DNA from: an uncultured Chloroflexia bacterium
GTDB taxonomy: Bacteria; Chloroflexota; Dehalococcoidia; DSTF01; JALHUB01
Length of the DNA stretch: 64,000 bases
Assembly (NCBI GenBank): GCA_963703345.1
Contig: OY969814.1
Location: 2,112,001-2,176,000 of the forward strand
Reading direction: 5' to 3'
The first letter of the stretch is position 1. Each line of letters opens with the position of its first letter. The notes beneath the pieces are model-generated. The model saw only the letters and a program-made list of their open reading frames with translations. It did no database searches and was not told the origin of the DNA. Of this stretch, positions 42,272-52,631 are shown piece by piece. A program made the position numbers and the translations under genes.

Positions 42272-43615
42272 CTACTGCGGCGTTGGCAGGGTAACCGCTT
42301 CCGTGCTGACGGTGACGATTTGTCCGCCGGAGTACTTCCAAATCTGGATGTAGCCGGACGGCAAGTCGCCGTTCTTGTCCCATCCGGCGAATCCGGATGC
42401 GCCCTGGTAGTTTATCGGCTTGCCCTGGTGGATCAGGTCCAGCGCCCGCTTGATGCCGGCGGCGCCGGAGGTGACCTTCTCGCCCGCCGGGTCGTTGAGG
42501 GTGCGCATGGCGTCGCGGATCTTGATTGGGTCAGTCGACTGGGCCTTCTCGGCGCCGAGGCCGACCATAATCACCGCGTCGTAGGACTCCGCTATGTAGG
42601 GCAGGTGCGGCAGAGGGCCGTAGGCGGCTTCGAACTCGGTCTGCCAGTCCGTCGGAATAGCAGCGGCCGCTGAAACGGTGCCTTCCATGCCTTCCAGCTT
42701 GTCGGCGCCGACAGCGGTCACGATATCCTTGGACTGCGTCCCGTCGCAGAAGAGGAGGTTCTTGAGGAGGTTGTTGTCAAAGCCTTCCTTAAGGTAGACT
42801 TCCGCGCTCTGCGGGTAGGTGAGGGCCGCGACGGCGTCAGGGTTGCCGGAGGTGGCCTTCTGGAGCTCTGCCAGGTAGGAGGCCTGCTCCTGTTCCGTCG
42901 GGACCTGGTCCGTTACCGTGCCGCCCTGCGCCTCGAAGGACTTCTTGAAGTTGTCGGAGAGGCCCTGACCGTAGGCGTTGTTGACGTAGAGGGTGGCCAC
43001 TTTGTTGTAGCCCAGTTGCTTGGCCAGCTTCCCGAGGACAAGGCCCTGAGCAGCGTCGGAGAGAGTGGTCCGGAACAGGAGGTCGTTGTCCTGCACGTCG
43101 GTGAGCGCGGGCGACGTCGAGGCGGGAGAGATCTGGATGACCTTGTCGGGAACGGTCACGCCTTCCGCCACGGCCAATGTGACGCCGCTGGACAGCGAGC
43201 CGATGATGGCCGATACCCCGTCGCTCTCGACGAGTTGCCTTGCCGCGTCAACCGCCGCCGTGGGTGACGTCTGCGAATCCGCCTGGCTCAGCGCGATGTC
43301 CTGGCCCATGACACCGCCGGCGGCGTCGATGTCCGCTGCCGCCAGCTTGGCGCCGTTCAACATGTTCGGCCCGAACTCAGAGAGGTCGCCGGTGAAGTCA
43401 AAGAGGATACCGACTTTGAGCTGCCCCTTCGCGCCGGGCGCCGTGGTGCCGGCGACCTTCGTGCCGGCAGGCGTATTTCCGGCCGGCGTGCTGGTAGCCT
43501 GTTTGTTGCTGCTGCCGCCGCAGGACATCGCGACCAGGGAGAGGATGCCGACGAGGGACAGCACCACCAACCAAAAGCGCGCTCCGTGCGCGCCCTCTTT
43601 CACGCTGTGCTTCAT
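42272..43615 (-). CDS. LivK-like ABC substrate-binding lipoprotein
   Basis: Lipobox AMSC; LKVGILFDFTG, ISPASTSPALT, FRTTLSD, NNAYGQGL. Confidence 0.9.
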   Translation of the reverse strand: MKHSVKEGAHGARFWLVVLSLVGILSLVAMSCGGSSNKQATSTPAGNTPAGTKVAGTTAPGAKGQLKVGILFDFTGDLSEFGPNMLNGAKLAAADIDAAGGVMGQDIALSQADSQTSPTAAVDAARQLVESDGVSAIIGSLSSGVTLAVAEGVTVPDKVIQISPASTSPALTDVQDNDLLFRTTLSDAAQGLVLGKLAKQLGYNKVATLYVNNAYGQGLSDNFKKSFEAQGGTVTDQVPTEQEQASYLAELQKATSGNPDAVAALTYPQSAEVYLKEGFDNNLLKNLLFCDGTQSKDIVTAVGADKLEGMEGTVSAAAAIPTDWQTEFEAAYGPLPHLPYIAESYDAVIMVGLGAEKAQSTDPIKIRDAMRTLNDPAGEKVTSGAAGIKRALDLIHQGKPINYQGASGFAGWDKNGDLPSGYIQIWKYSGGQIVTVSTEAVTLPTPQ

Positions 43616-43856
43616 GTCTGGACCTCCTTTTGTTGTTGAAGAAATCCTTCCGAATTCCCGCTGACCGCCGCTCGATCGACCCGGTGGGCGGCAACAAGTA
43701 AGCGGATTCTAAGTCCGTCGCCTGTTTCCGTCAAGGGCTAGAGGTTCGTTGTGCATTTGTCAGGCGGGGCGACCGCAACCCTAGCCGGAACTGCCGCTTC
43801 AAAGGCTCCCCGATAGCATCGGGCCGTCTGCGGGAATATAATGCCTGCCAGACAAC

Positions 43857-44627
43857 ATGAAGCTGCATGGCCTTGCTTTTGTCGCACTTTTCCCCGTACT
43901 GGTGGCCGTCGCCGTCGTGGGGAACGACTGCCACTCTTCGGGAACGTCGCCAAAGCCGGAGGGGCGCGTCGAGCTCTTGGAGTCGATCCCGCACGCGGAC
44001 ACGGCGTGGACGGAAGGGCTGCTGGTGAGCGACGGGACGCTTTGGGAGAGCACGGGACTGGAGGGCAAGTCGCAGGTGCGGGCTTTGGACGAGAAGACCG
44101 GCGGCGTGCTCTGGTCGGTCGCGAACGATAAGGGGTTCTTCGGCGAAGGGCTGGTGCGGGCTTTCGGGAAGACGTACCTGCTGACTTACACGGAGGGCGA
44201 AGCCTATCTGTTCGACCGCAACGCCGCGAATCCTTATACGCCCTTCGCGCACTACGACGGCGAGGGCTGGGGGCTCACAGCGACCGACAAGTGGCTGGTG
44301 AACTCTAACGGAAGCTCGACGCTATACTATCGCGACCCGCAGTCGTTCGCGATTGTGAAGCAGGTGTCGATAGCGTTCGAAGGCAAGCCGGTCGAGAAGC
44401 TCAACGAGCTCGAATTCGACGGGACGTACATCTGGGCGAACCAGTGGCAGACATCCTACATCTACCGCATTCGAGAGGATGATCCATCGCAGGTGGTGCG
44501 CTTCGCGCTGCCTCCGGAGATGTGCCCAGGAGGGATACCAAACGGCATCGCCTGGGACAAAGAGCAGAACGCTTTCTTCCTCACGGGGCAGTCGTGCCCG
44601 CTCATCTGGAAGGCGCGCTTCCACTAG
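43857..44627 (+). CDS. Glutaminyl-peptide cyclotransferase (glutamine cyclotransferase), secreted
   Basis: PHADTAWTEGL, LWESTG, FFGEG, GEGWGLT, SNGS, LNELEF, IWANQWQT, NGIAWD. Confidence 0.88.
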   Translation: MKLHGLAFVALFPVLVAVAVVGNDCHSSGTSPKPEGRVELLESIPHADTAWTEGLLVSDGTLWESTGLEGKSQVRALDEKTGGVLWSVANDKGFFGEGLVRAFGKTYLLTYTEGEAYLFDRNAANPYTPFAHYDGEGWGLTATDKWLVNSNGSSTLYYRDPQSFAIVKQVSIAFEGKPVEKLNELEFDGTYIWANQWQTSYIYRIREDDPSQVVRFALPPEMCPGGIPNGIAWDKEQNAFFLTGQSCPLIWKARFH

Positions 44628-44949
44628 GCGCGCTTGTCATCGGCGCGACGAGTCCGCCAGAAGCGGACGAGGAGCGCAACCCCGAACGCGATCATCGCGC
44701 CTCCCACTGCCGTCTCGCTCGGTCCACAGGGCGTCGACGCAACATAAGGGATCGCTTGCGGTAGCAGCGTGGGTTCCCGCGTCCGCCTGTGGCGGACGCA
44801 CCCCCGACGCGATCACCGGCGCCACTTCGATGCCGATTCGTGGCGCCTCGCTTGAAAAAGCGCGTCGGATGTGCGACAGTTGACGCAAGCGCAGGCCAGG
44901 ATCGAGCGTGTCGATTAGAAGGTGAGTTCTGCAAGGGGAAGGACAGGGA

Positions 44950-46065
44950 ATGTCTTTTCTTGGGCTCATTCCTCGTAACGTCCTCACCCGCAAGGTGCGG
45001 TCCTCGCTGACCGCGCTGGCCGTCGCCATCGCCATCATGATGGTCGTGGCGATGGGCGTGCTCACCTACAGCCTCAAGCAAACGGCGATCTCAATCCTGG
45101 AGATCGGCAAGGCCGACTTCACCGTCGCCCAGAAGGGCGTCTCGGACGTTCTGAACAGCAACCTCGACGAGCAGGAGGTCGCGGCGGTCAAGTCCTATCC
45201 GCAAGTCCAGGAGGCCGTCGGTGTGCTCGTCGCCGGCGTCAGCTTCCACGGCAACCCGTTCTTCCTCGAGCTCGGCATCCCGCCGGATGAACTGGCGCCA
45301 TTCGGCGTGCAGATTCTGGAAGGACGCCCCTACAGGGCTGACGCAACCGGCGAAATAATGCTCGGCGCCCGCACCGCCGCCGACCTGCACAAGACCGTAG
45401 GCGATACCGTGACCATCGACACCATCACCTTCACCGTCGTCGGCATCTACACCGTCGGGAACGTCTTTGCCGACGACGCGACAATGGTGCCGCTGCTCTG
45501 GCTGCAGGGCCGTGAGCGCCTGGCCGGGGACGTGACGCTTCTCTTCGTCAAGACGAAGCCGGGGACGGACCTGGCCGCCCTGCAAGCGCAGATCCAGCAC
45601 GACCATCCTGAGCTCGCCTGCGTGCAAACGGCGTCGCAGTTTGGGCTGGTCGACCGGAACTTGGGTCTGATCAGCGCCGCGGACGTCGGCGTCTCCGTGC
45701 TGGCGCTCTTCATGGGCGCCGTCGGCGTCATGAACACGACGCTGATGTCCGTCTTCGAACGGACGCGCGAGTTCGGCGTTTTGCGGGCCGTCGGTTGGTC
45801 GCGGGGGCGCATCGTGATCATGGTGATGGGAGAGGCGCTTCTAATCGCCCTTGCCGGCGCCTTCATCGGGACCGGCCTCGGATTCGCGGCCGTCCAGGTC
45901 ATCCAGCATCTGCCGCAAGTGGTCGGCTTCTTCCACCCGCAGTATCCGGCTTCGGTGTTCGGGCAGGCGCTGGGGGTGGCTGTCGGCGTGGCATTCTTCG
46001 GCGCCATCTATCCGGCGGCTCGAGCGGCGCTGCTGGAGCCGATGGAGGCGCTGCGCCATGAGTAG
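44950..46065 (+). CDS. MacB/FtsX-like ABC permease
   Basis: RSSLTAL, NTTLMSVFERTREFGVLRAVGW, YPAARAALLEPMEALRHE. Confidence 0.9.
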   Translation: MSFLGLIPRNVLTRKVRSSLTALAVAIAIMMVVAMGVLTYSLKQTAISILEIGKADFTVAQKGVSDVLNSNLDEQEVAAVKSYPQVQEAVGVLVAGVSFHGNPFFLELGIPPDELAPFGVQILEGRPYRADATGEIMLGARTAADLHKTVGDTVTIDTITFTVVGIYTVGNVFADDATMVPLLWLQGRERLAGDVTLLFVKTKPGTDLAALQAQIQHDHPELACVQTASQFGLVDRNLGLISAADVGVSVLALFMGAVGVMNTTLMSVFERTREFGVLRAVGWSRGRIVIMVMGEALLIALAGAFIGTGLGFAAVQVIQHLPQVVGFFHPQYPASVFGQALGVAVGVAFFGAIYPAARAALLEPMEALRHE

Positions 46066-46777
46066 TGGCAACGGCAGCCGCGAGGGGCCGGCGATCGAGG
46101 CAATCGACGTCGTCAAAATCTACGATAACCAGATGCGGGCGCTGGACGGGGTAAACCTGAAGATAGGCCGCGGCGAATTCGTCGCCCTCATGGGCCCTTC
46201 CGGCTGCGGCAAGTCGACTCTCCTCCACCTGCTGGCTGCCCTGGACATGCCGACGAGCGGCAGGATTATCGTCAACGGGCGCGACTTGAGTACCGCCGGC
46301 AACGACCGTTTTCGCCGCTGCGAGATAGGCCTCGTATTCCAGTTGCACAACCTGCTCCCGAACCTCAACTCCCTGGAAAACGTTCAGATACCTATGTTCG
46401 GCACGGGCACGAGCCACGCTGAACGGCTGGAGCGGGCCAAGCAACTCTTGGCGGAGATGGACCTATCGGACAAGGAGAAGGCGACGCCGCCACGCCTGTC
46501 CGGCGGCGAACGCCAGCGGCTGGCAATCGCGCGGGCGCTGGCGAACAACCCGTCGATCGTCCTCGCCGACGAGCCCACCGGCAACCTCGACTCCGCTGCC
46601 GTCGACCGCTTATTGGCGCTGTTCCGCAGCATTCGCGACGAGCACGGCGTCACCATACTCCTGGCGACCCACGACACTCACGTGGCCGGCTCGGCGGACC
46701 GCATCGTGTACATGCGCGACGGGCGGATTGTGGAGAGCCCGCAACCGGAGGGAGAGCGCGCTTCGACGGGGAGGTGA
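46058..46777 (+). CDS. LolD/MacB-type ABC ATPase
   Basis: GPSGCGKST, LSGGERQR, LADEPTGNLDS, ATHD. Confidence 0.92.
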   Translation: MSSGNGSREGPAIEAIDVVKIYDNQMRALDGVNLKIGRGEFVALMGPSGCGKSTLLHLLAALDMPTSGRIIVNGRDLSTAGNDRFRRCEIGLVFQLHNLLPNLNSLENVQIPMFGTGTSHAERLERAKQLLAEMDLSDKEKATPPRLSGGERQRLAIARALANNPSIVLADEPTGNLDSAAVDRLLALFRSIRDEHGVTILLATHDTHVAGSADRIVYMRDGRIVESPQPEGERASTGR

Positions 46778-47815
46778 TCAGGCGGTGCGCGTGTCCGCGG
46801 CGCCCTGGAGTCCTAGCTCCTCGATCGCCAGCTCCCGCATCCGGAACTTCTGAACTTTGCCCGTCACCGTCATCGGGAAGTCGTCGACGAACTTCCAGTA
46901 GCGCGGGATCTTGTAGGTGGCGATCTGCCCGCGACAGTACTCCAGCATCGCTTCCTCCGTCAGTCGCGCGCCTTCCGCCGGCCTGATCCAGGCCATCGTC
47001 TCCTCGCCGTAGCGTTCGCTGGGCACGCCGATGACCTGCACGTCGGCCACGCCGGGATGGCGGAAGAGGAACTCCTCGATCTCGCGCGGATAGATATTCT
47101 CGCCGCCCCGGATGATCATGTCCTTGATGCGGCCGACGATGTTCAGGTAGTCTTCGTCATCCATGGTCGCCAGGTCGCCGGAATGCATCCAGCCGTTGGC
47201 GTCGATGGCCTCGCGGGTCGCTTCCTCGTTGTTCCAGTAGCCGAGCATGACGCTGTAGCCGCGCGTGCACAGCTCGCCGGCGACGCCGCGGGGGACGACG
47301 CGCCCGGTCGCGGGGTCGACGATCTTGATCTCGACGTGCGGGTGCACGCGGCCGACGGTGGCGACGCGTTTGTCGAGCGGGTCATCGGTGGCGCTCTGCG
47401 TGGAGACGGGCGAGGTCTCGGTCATCCCGTGGCAGATGGTGACCTCCGGCATGTGCATCAGCGACACGACTTTCCGCATGACCTCGAGCGGACAGGGTGA
47501 GCCGGCCATGATGCCGGTGCGCAGGCTGGAGAAGTCGAATTCGGAGAAGCGCGGGTGGTCAAGCTCGCCGATGAACATCGTCGGGACCCCGTAGAGCGCG
47601 GTGCATTTCTCGTCTTGCACCGTCTGCATGACCTCGAGGGCGTCGTACGTCTCTCCGGGCACGATGATGCCTCCGTAAAGCGCATCTTCTCGCCGATGAA
47701 GAAGCCGTTGTTCAAGATGCCGTGGTGGGAGAGAGTGGCGCCCTGCGGGAAGCCTGTGGTGCCGGAGGTGTACTGGATGTTGACGGGATCGTCGAACTGG
47801 AGGGTCGATTCCCGC
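46778..47815 (-). pseudogene. Truncated, internally deleted acyl-CoA synthetase (AMP-binding)
   Basis: C-terminal half intact ([39 protein letters not shown]); P-loop [18 protein letters not shown] lies in a different frame; N-terminus absent. Confidence 0.8.
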
Positions 47816-47899
47816 TCCGACAGGGCGCGATGATGTCAAGGTGCCGCATCGTATCGACATGCAGCGGCAGGCAACGTATATTTGGTAGCGAGGAGGCGC

Positions 47900-48799
47900 A
47901 TGGTGATAGGCCGACTTGCGCTGTTTGCTTTGGTGGCGTGCACTGCGTTGCTGCCGGCCGTCGCGTCGGCGGACAGCGGCGACCAGGGCGGCTTCGCGCT
48001 TCGGGTTCGCGGCACCTTCACGCTGGCACCGGACGAGAGCGTGGGGTCAGTCATCGTCGTCAAGGGCGACGCGAACATCGCCGGCACCGTGCGCGACAGG
48101 CTCGTGGTCATAAACGGTAACGCCGACATCGCCGGTCGCGTGGACGGCGGCGTCACCGTCATCAAAGGTACCGTGACGCTGGAAGGCGGTTCCCACGTCA
48201 ACCGCGTGACGATTGTCCGCGGCACCGTGAACCGTCAGAGCGGCTCCGTGGTGGAGCATGGCATCAACCGGCGCGGCTTCGGCTTTTTCCGCGGCGGCCT
48301 CCTCTGGCTGTTCTGGCTGGGCATGACGCTGGCGGCCGTAGTCGCGGGGCTGGCTTTCGCCGCGGTCGGAGGGCGGCAGCTTTCGCGGGCGGCGAATGCA
48401 CTCACCGGAGAACTTGCGTACAGCATCCTGGGAGCGGTCGCGGTATGGATTGGACTGCCGGTCCTTGCCGTTGTGGCGCTGCTCACCGTTGTCGGCATTC
48501 CTCTGGGGCTGGCGTTGCTTCTGGCTGTCCTGCCGCTGCTCTGGCTGCTCGGCTTCGTCGCGACGGGGACGCGACTGGGCGCGGCGTTACTGTCGCTGGG
48601 AGGCAGCGCGCGGCCGCTCGACCACCCCTATGCGGCGACGGCGCTGGGCGTGATCGTCCTGCAGATCGTGCTTCTCGTGCCGATTGCCGGCTGGGCGGTT
48701 GCCGTCCTCGCCGGCCTTTGGGGATCGGGCGCACTGGCGGTCATCGCCTTCCGCTCGTGGCGGCATCCCGAAGAAAGCGTCAAGGAGAGTGCTGCATGA
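47900..48799 (+). CDS. Membrane protein with N-terminal bactofilin-like (polymer-forming) beta-helix
   Basis: RBS GAGGAGG; signal peptide, repeated V.V.GDA.I.G.V units, then several TM helices. Confidence 0.75.
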   Translation: MVIGRLALFALVACTALLPAVASADSGDQGGFALRVRGTFTLAPDESVGSVIVVKGDANIAGTVRDRLVVINGNADIAGRVDGGVTVIKGTVTLEGGSHVNRVTIVRGTVNRQSGSVVEHGINRRGFGFFRGGLLWLFWLGMTLAAVVAGLAFAAVGGRQLSRAANALTGELAYSILGAVAVWIGLPVLAVVALLTVVGIPLGLALLLAVLPLLWLLGFVATGTRLGAALLSLGGSARPLDHPYAATALGVIVLQIVLLVPIAGWAVAVLAGLWGSGALAVIAFRSWRHPEESVKESAA

Positions 48800-49875
48800 A
48801 GGCTGCGGTCCTGTACGAACAGAAGAAGCCCCTGGTTGTCGACGACATCGAGATCGAAGACCCGCAGCCGCACGAAGTGCTAGTGAGGATGGCGGCAGCC
48901 GGGATCTGTCGCAGCGACCTTCATTTCATTGAAGGGCTGTGGCCGGCGCGCCTTCCGATGGTGATGGGGCACGAAGGCGCCGGCGTCGTCGAGAAGGCGG
49001 GCGCGCACGTAACCCGCGTCCAGGAGGGCGACCACGTCATCTTCTCCTGGGTGCCGTCGTGCGGCGTCTGTCGCTACTGTACTGAAGGCAGACCTTTTCT
49101 GTGCGAGGCCGGCCCTTCGTCGCGAATGCTGGACGGCACGACCCGTTTTCACAAGGGCGACCAGGTTATCTATCATCAGATGGCCGTGTCGGCGTTCTCG
49201 GAGCGCACGGTCACGCACGAGACAGCGCTGGTGAAGATCCGCGACGACATGCCGCTGGACAAGGCGGCGCTCATCGGCTGCAGCGTGATGACGGGCATCG
49301 GCGCGGTGACGAACACAGCGAGAGTGAGGGTCGGCAGCAGCGTGGCCGTTTTCGGCTGCGGCGGCGTCGGGCTGAACGTGATCCAGGGGTCATGCCTGGC
49401 CGGCGCCACGCGGATCATCGCCGTCGACACGCTGGACAACAAGCTGGCGCTGGCGTGCGAGTTCGGCGCGACGGACACTATCAACGCCGCGAAGGAGGAC
49501 GCCGTCGCAAAGATCCGGGAGCTTGTGCGCGGCGGCGTCGACTACTCGTTCGAGGTCATCGGCATCCCCGAAGTCGTAGCGCAGGCGTTCGAGGCGGCGA
49601 ACAAAGGCGGCACAGTGGTGATGGTCGGCATGCCGCCGGTCGCCGCATCGCTGACTATCCGGTCGACAGGCCTCTTCCTGGGGAAGACGCTGCAGGGCTC
49701 GTTCTACGGCTCGACGCGCTTTCGCATGGATATGCCGGCTCTTGTCGAGCTGTACATGACGGACCGCATAAAGCTGGAAGAGCTGATATCCCGCGTCTAT
49801 CCGCTGGAAGAGATCAACGAAGCGTTCGAGGCGCTGAAGCGCGGCGAGGTGGCGCGCAGCATCATCAAGTTCTAG
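48796..49875 (+). CDS. Zn-dependent alcohol dehydrogenase (class III-like)
   Basis: GICRSD, GHEGAG, CGVCRYC..C, GCGGVG. Confidence 0.93.
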   Translation: MKAAVLYEQKKPLVVDDIEIEDPQPHEVLVRMAAAGICRSDLHFIEGLWPARLPMVMGHEGAGVVEKAGAHVTRVQEGDHVIFSWVPSCGVCRYCTEGRPFLCEAGPSSRMLDGTTRFHKGDQVIYHQMAVSAFSERTVTHETALVKIRDDMPLDKAALIGCSVMTGIGAVTNTARVRVGSSVAVFGCGGVGLNVIQGSCLAGATRIIAVDTLDNKLALACEFGATDTINAAKEDAVAKIRELVRGGVDYSFEVIGIPEVVAQAFEAANKGGTVVMVGMPPVAASLTIRSTGLFLGKTLQGSFYGSTRFRMDMPALVELYMTDRIKLEELISRVYPLEEINEAFEALKRGEVARSIIKF

Positions 49876-49903
49876 GAGCAGCGCCGTCGAGCCGCGCGGG
49901 GAG

Positions 49904-49927
49904 GGCCGCTCGGCAACCCGAGCGGCC
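49904..49927 (+). repeat. REP-like palindrome family A, copy 3
   Basis: GGCCGCTCGGCAACCCGAGCGGCC. Confidence 0.8.
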
Positions 49928-50094
49928 CCGAGAATGCGCCTCCATCATCGCTCCAAGCCAGCGCGACCTTGCGGCATCGACGTCGCGCGCCGGCCCTGCC
50001 CATCGACCCACCACCCCGTGGCTGCTGACCCTCCGCTCGCGGAGCGATATAATCCAATAGACATGCTAACTCGCGAACTTCGGAGGGCGTCCGC

Positions 50095-51027
50095 GTGACG
50101 CCCGCCATCGAGCTTCGGTCCGTCGTCAAGGACTACGGGCGAGTTCGCGCCCTCCGCGGCATCGACCTCACGATCGCGACGGGCCAGATCTTCGGCTTCC
50201 TCGGCCCGAACGGCGCCGGCAAGACCACTACCATCCGCGTCCTCCTCGACCTCATTCGACCCACCGCCGGCGTTGCCCTCGTCCTCGGCCTCGACAGCCA
50301 CCGCGACTCCGTCGAGGTGCGGCGTCGCTGCGGCTACCTCCCCGGAGACCTGCGGATGTACGAAGGGATGCGCGGTCACGCCTTCCTCGACTTCATCGAC
50401 TCCTTTCGCCCGGAGAAACGCGACATCCACTTCCGGCGGGAGCTGCTCGACCGCCTGGAGCTCGACGCTTCGGTGCCCATTCGAGCCCTTTCCAAGGGGA
50501 ACAAGCAGAAGCTGGGCCTCGTGCAGGCGCTCATGCACCGTCCCGACCTCCTCATCCTCGACGAGCCGACAAGCGGCCTCGACCCGCTTGTGCAGCAAGA
50601 GGTCGCCAGGCTGCTGGAGGAAGCGGTAGGCGAAGGGCGGACCGTCTTCTTTTCCTCGCACGTCCTGCCGGAGGTCGAGCGCCTGAGCCACGCCGTCGCC
50701 ATCATCCGCCAGGGCAAGATCGTCGCCGTCGAAGACATTGCGCAACTCAAATCGCGCTCCGTGCACGTGCTGGAGGTGACGTTCGCGGAGCCGCCGCCGG
50801 CCGACCTGTTCGCGCTGCCCGGCGTGCGGGAGCTGCGCCGCGACGGCACCATCGTCCGTATTCAAGCGCTGGACGGGCTGGACGCCGCCGTCAAGGCTAT
50901 CGCCGCCTACCGCGTCGTCGACCTGCGGACGGAGCAGCCGAGCCTGGAGGACTTCTTTCTCGCCCACTACGCCGACGAGACGCACCCGGAGGAAGAGGAG
51001 GCCGATGCGCTGGTTCAGCGTCGCTAG
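50095..51027 (+). CDS. ABC-2-type exporter ATPase
   Basis: GPNGAGKTT, LSKGNKQK, LDEPTSGLDP, SSH, SLEDFFL. Confidence 0.92.
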   Translation: MTPAIELRSVVKDYGRVRALRGIDLTIATGQIFGFLGPNGAGKTTTIRVLLDLIRPTAGVALVLGLDSHRDSVEVRRRCGYLPGDLRMYEGMRGHAFLDFIDSFRPEKRDIHFRRELLDRLELDASVPIRALSKGNKQKLGLVQALMHRPDLLILDEPTSGLDPLVQQEVARLLEEAVGEGRTVFFSSHVLPEVERLSHAVAIIRQGKIVAVEDIAQLKSRSVHVLEVTFAEPPPADLFALPGVRELRRDGTIVRIQALDGLDAAVKAIAAYRVVDLRTEQPSLEDFFLAHYADETHPEEEEADALVQRR

Positions 51028-51892
51028 AAAGGGCCTGCGCGACCAGCGCTGGCAAATCGTCGGCTTTGGCTTGACGTTCACGGCTATGGCGGCATCAATC
51101 GTCTACCTCTGGCCCTCGTACCGGACGACGGTGGCGAGCATCCAGCTTCCGGAGGCCGTCCAGGCGCTCCTCGGCAGCGACCTCGCCTACTCGACCGCCC
51201 CGGGCTTCGTGAGCGCCGAGTACTTTAGCTGGATCCCCATCCTGCTGATCGTCTACACCGTCATTCAGGGCACGGGCGCGATCGCCGGCGAGGAAGGTAG
51301 CGGCACAATCGACCTGCTGATGTCGCAGCCGATCACGCGCTCCGAGATGGTGATCCAGAAGACGATCGGCATCTGCGTCGGCGCGGCGGTAATCGCCGGC
51401 TTCGGCTTCCTGGGCTTTCTGCTGTCGGTCCCCTTCGTCGACATCAATCTCACTCTGAAGGGCGCGGCGCTCGCTTCGGCCAACATGCTGCCGATGGCGC
51501 TCCTCTACTACGCGCTGTCGCTTTGGTTCGGCGCCGTCCTGCCGAATCGGGCCTACGCTGCGGGCGGGGCGATAGCGCTGGCGACGGCCGGCTACTTTTT
51601 CAACACCATCGCCGCCGCCGTCCACAGCCTGTCCGGCTTGAAGTATGCCTCGCCGTTCTACTACTACGGCGCCGGCGAGCCGCTGGTCCGGGGAATCGAC
51701 TGGTCGCACGCGGGCCTGCTGCTGGGCGTCTCAGCGCTCTTCGTCGCCCTTGCCATCCGCGCCTTCGCCGGCCGCGACATCACCATCGGCGGCGCGTCTA
51801 ACCTGCGCTGGAGCGACGTGCTGGGGCGCGTGCTGGGGTTGAGACGCTATGAACCGTCCGCGTCGTCCCCGGCGCGTTCCAGTTCCTCGTGA
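51005..51892 (+). CDS. ABC-2-type exporter permease
   Basis: IAGEEGSGTIDLLMSQPITR, six TM segments, SPFYYY. Confidence 0.88.
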   Translation: MRWFSVARKGLRDQRWQIVGFGLTFTAMAASIVYLWPSYRTTVASIQLPEAVQALLGSDLAYSTAPGFVSAEYFSWIPILLIVYTVIQGTGAIAGEEGSGTIDLLMSQPITRSEMVIQKTIGICVGAAVIAGFGFLGFLLSVPFVDINLTLKGAALASANMLPMALLYYALSLWFGAVLPNRAYAAGGAIALATAGYFFNTIAAAVHSLSGLKYASPFYYYGAGEPLVRGIDWSHAGLLLGVSALFVALAIRAFAGRDITIGGASNLRWSDVLGRVLGLRRYEPSASSPARSSSS

Positions 51893-52191
51893 AGCCAATC
51901 GAGGTAGTCTTTGCTCCCGTCGACGACCTCGGTAGCGAGGACTTCCGGCACCTCGTACGTGTGCAGGCGCTTGATCGTGGCCTCTACCTCCGCATACAGG
52001 CGCCGCTCCGTCTTGGCGATGCACAGCCACTCCGTCGCCTTTTGCACGTCGCCCTTCCACCGGTAGACGCTCGCTATCGGGCCGACGATCTGGACACAGG
52101 CCGCCAGGCGCGCCTCGACGAGCGCTTCAGCGATCCTTTCCGCGTCCTCTCGCGTCGAAGTCGTCGTCGTCACCTGGATGTGCTGTCTCAT
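51847..52191 (-). CDS. cutA: Divalent-cation tolerance protein CutA
   Basis: LVEARLAACVQI, SVYRWKG, HTYEVPE, YLDWL. Confidence 0.93.
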   Translation of the reverse strand: MRQHIQVTTTTSTREDAERIAEALVEARLAACVQIVGPIASVYRWKGDVQKATEWLCIAKTERRLYAEVEATIKRLHTYEVPEVLATEVVDGSKDYLDWLHEELERAGDDADGS

Positions 52192-52318
52192 CCGAAGCCT
52201 CCTGCCGTCGCGGTGTCCCCTCTCAGCGACCGCCGTCATTCTACCGCAATCGACCGCCTGCGGTGAGACGCGCATCGCGGCCAGCGGATCGTGTACAATT
52301 GGCGCGAGGAGGCAGGCC

Positions 52319-52507
52319 ATGGCAACCGGTGATAGTCCTGACAAGCCGCCGGCGGGCGACGGGCCGAAGCACGAGGTCAAGATCGGCGTTCCGGATTGCC
52401 CTCGCTGCAAGAAAAGCTTCACGATGAGCTACTGGCGTGGCGACCAACTGATTCAGGCGCGCTGCCTTAGCTGCGACCTGAAATGGCCTCGCCCGGACGT
52501 CGTCTAG
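52319..52507 (+). CDS. Small zinc-ribbon protein (62 aa)
   Basis: RBS GAGGAGG; CPRC...CLSC..W. Confidence 0.6.
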   Translation: MATGDSPDKPPAGDGPKHEVKIGVPDCPRCKKSFTMSYWRGDQLIQARCLSCDLKWPRPDVV

Positions 52508-52631
52508 CTCGGCTAATCGAAGACGAGCGGCAGCGGGACGAGGCGTTTCGCCGCTCGCCGCGAGGCCCGTTTGCTCATACAGATACCGCCTTGTAGAATC
52601 ACGCCAAGCTTTCCCCACAGAGGTACGAACC

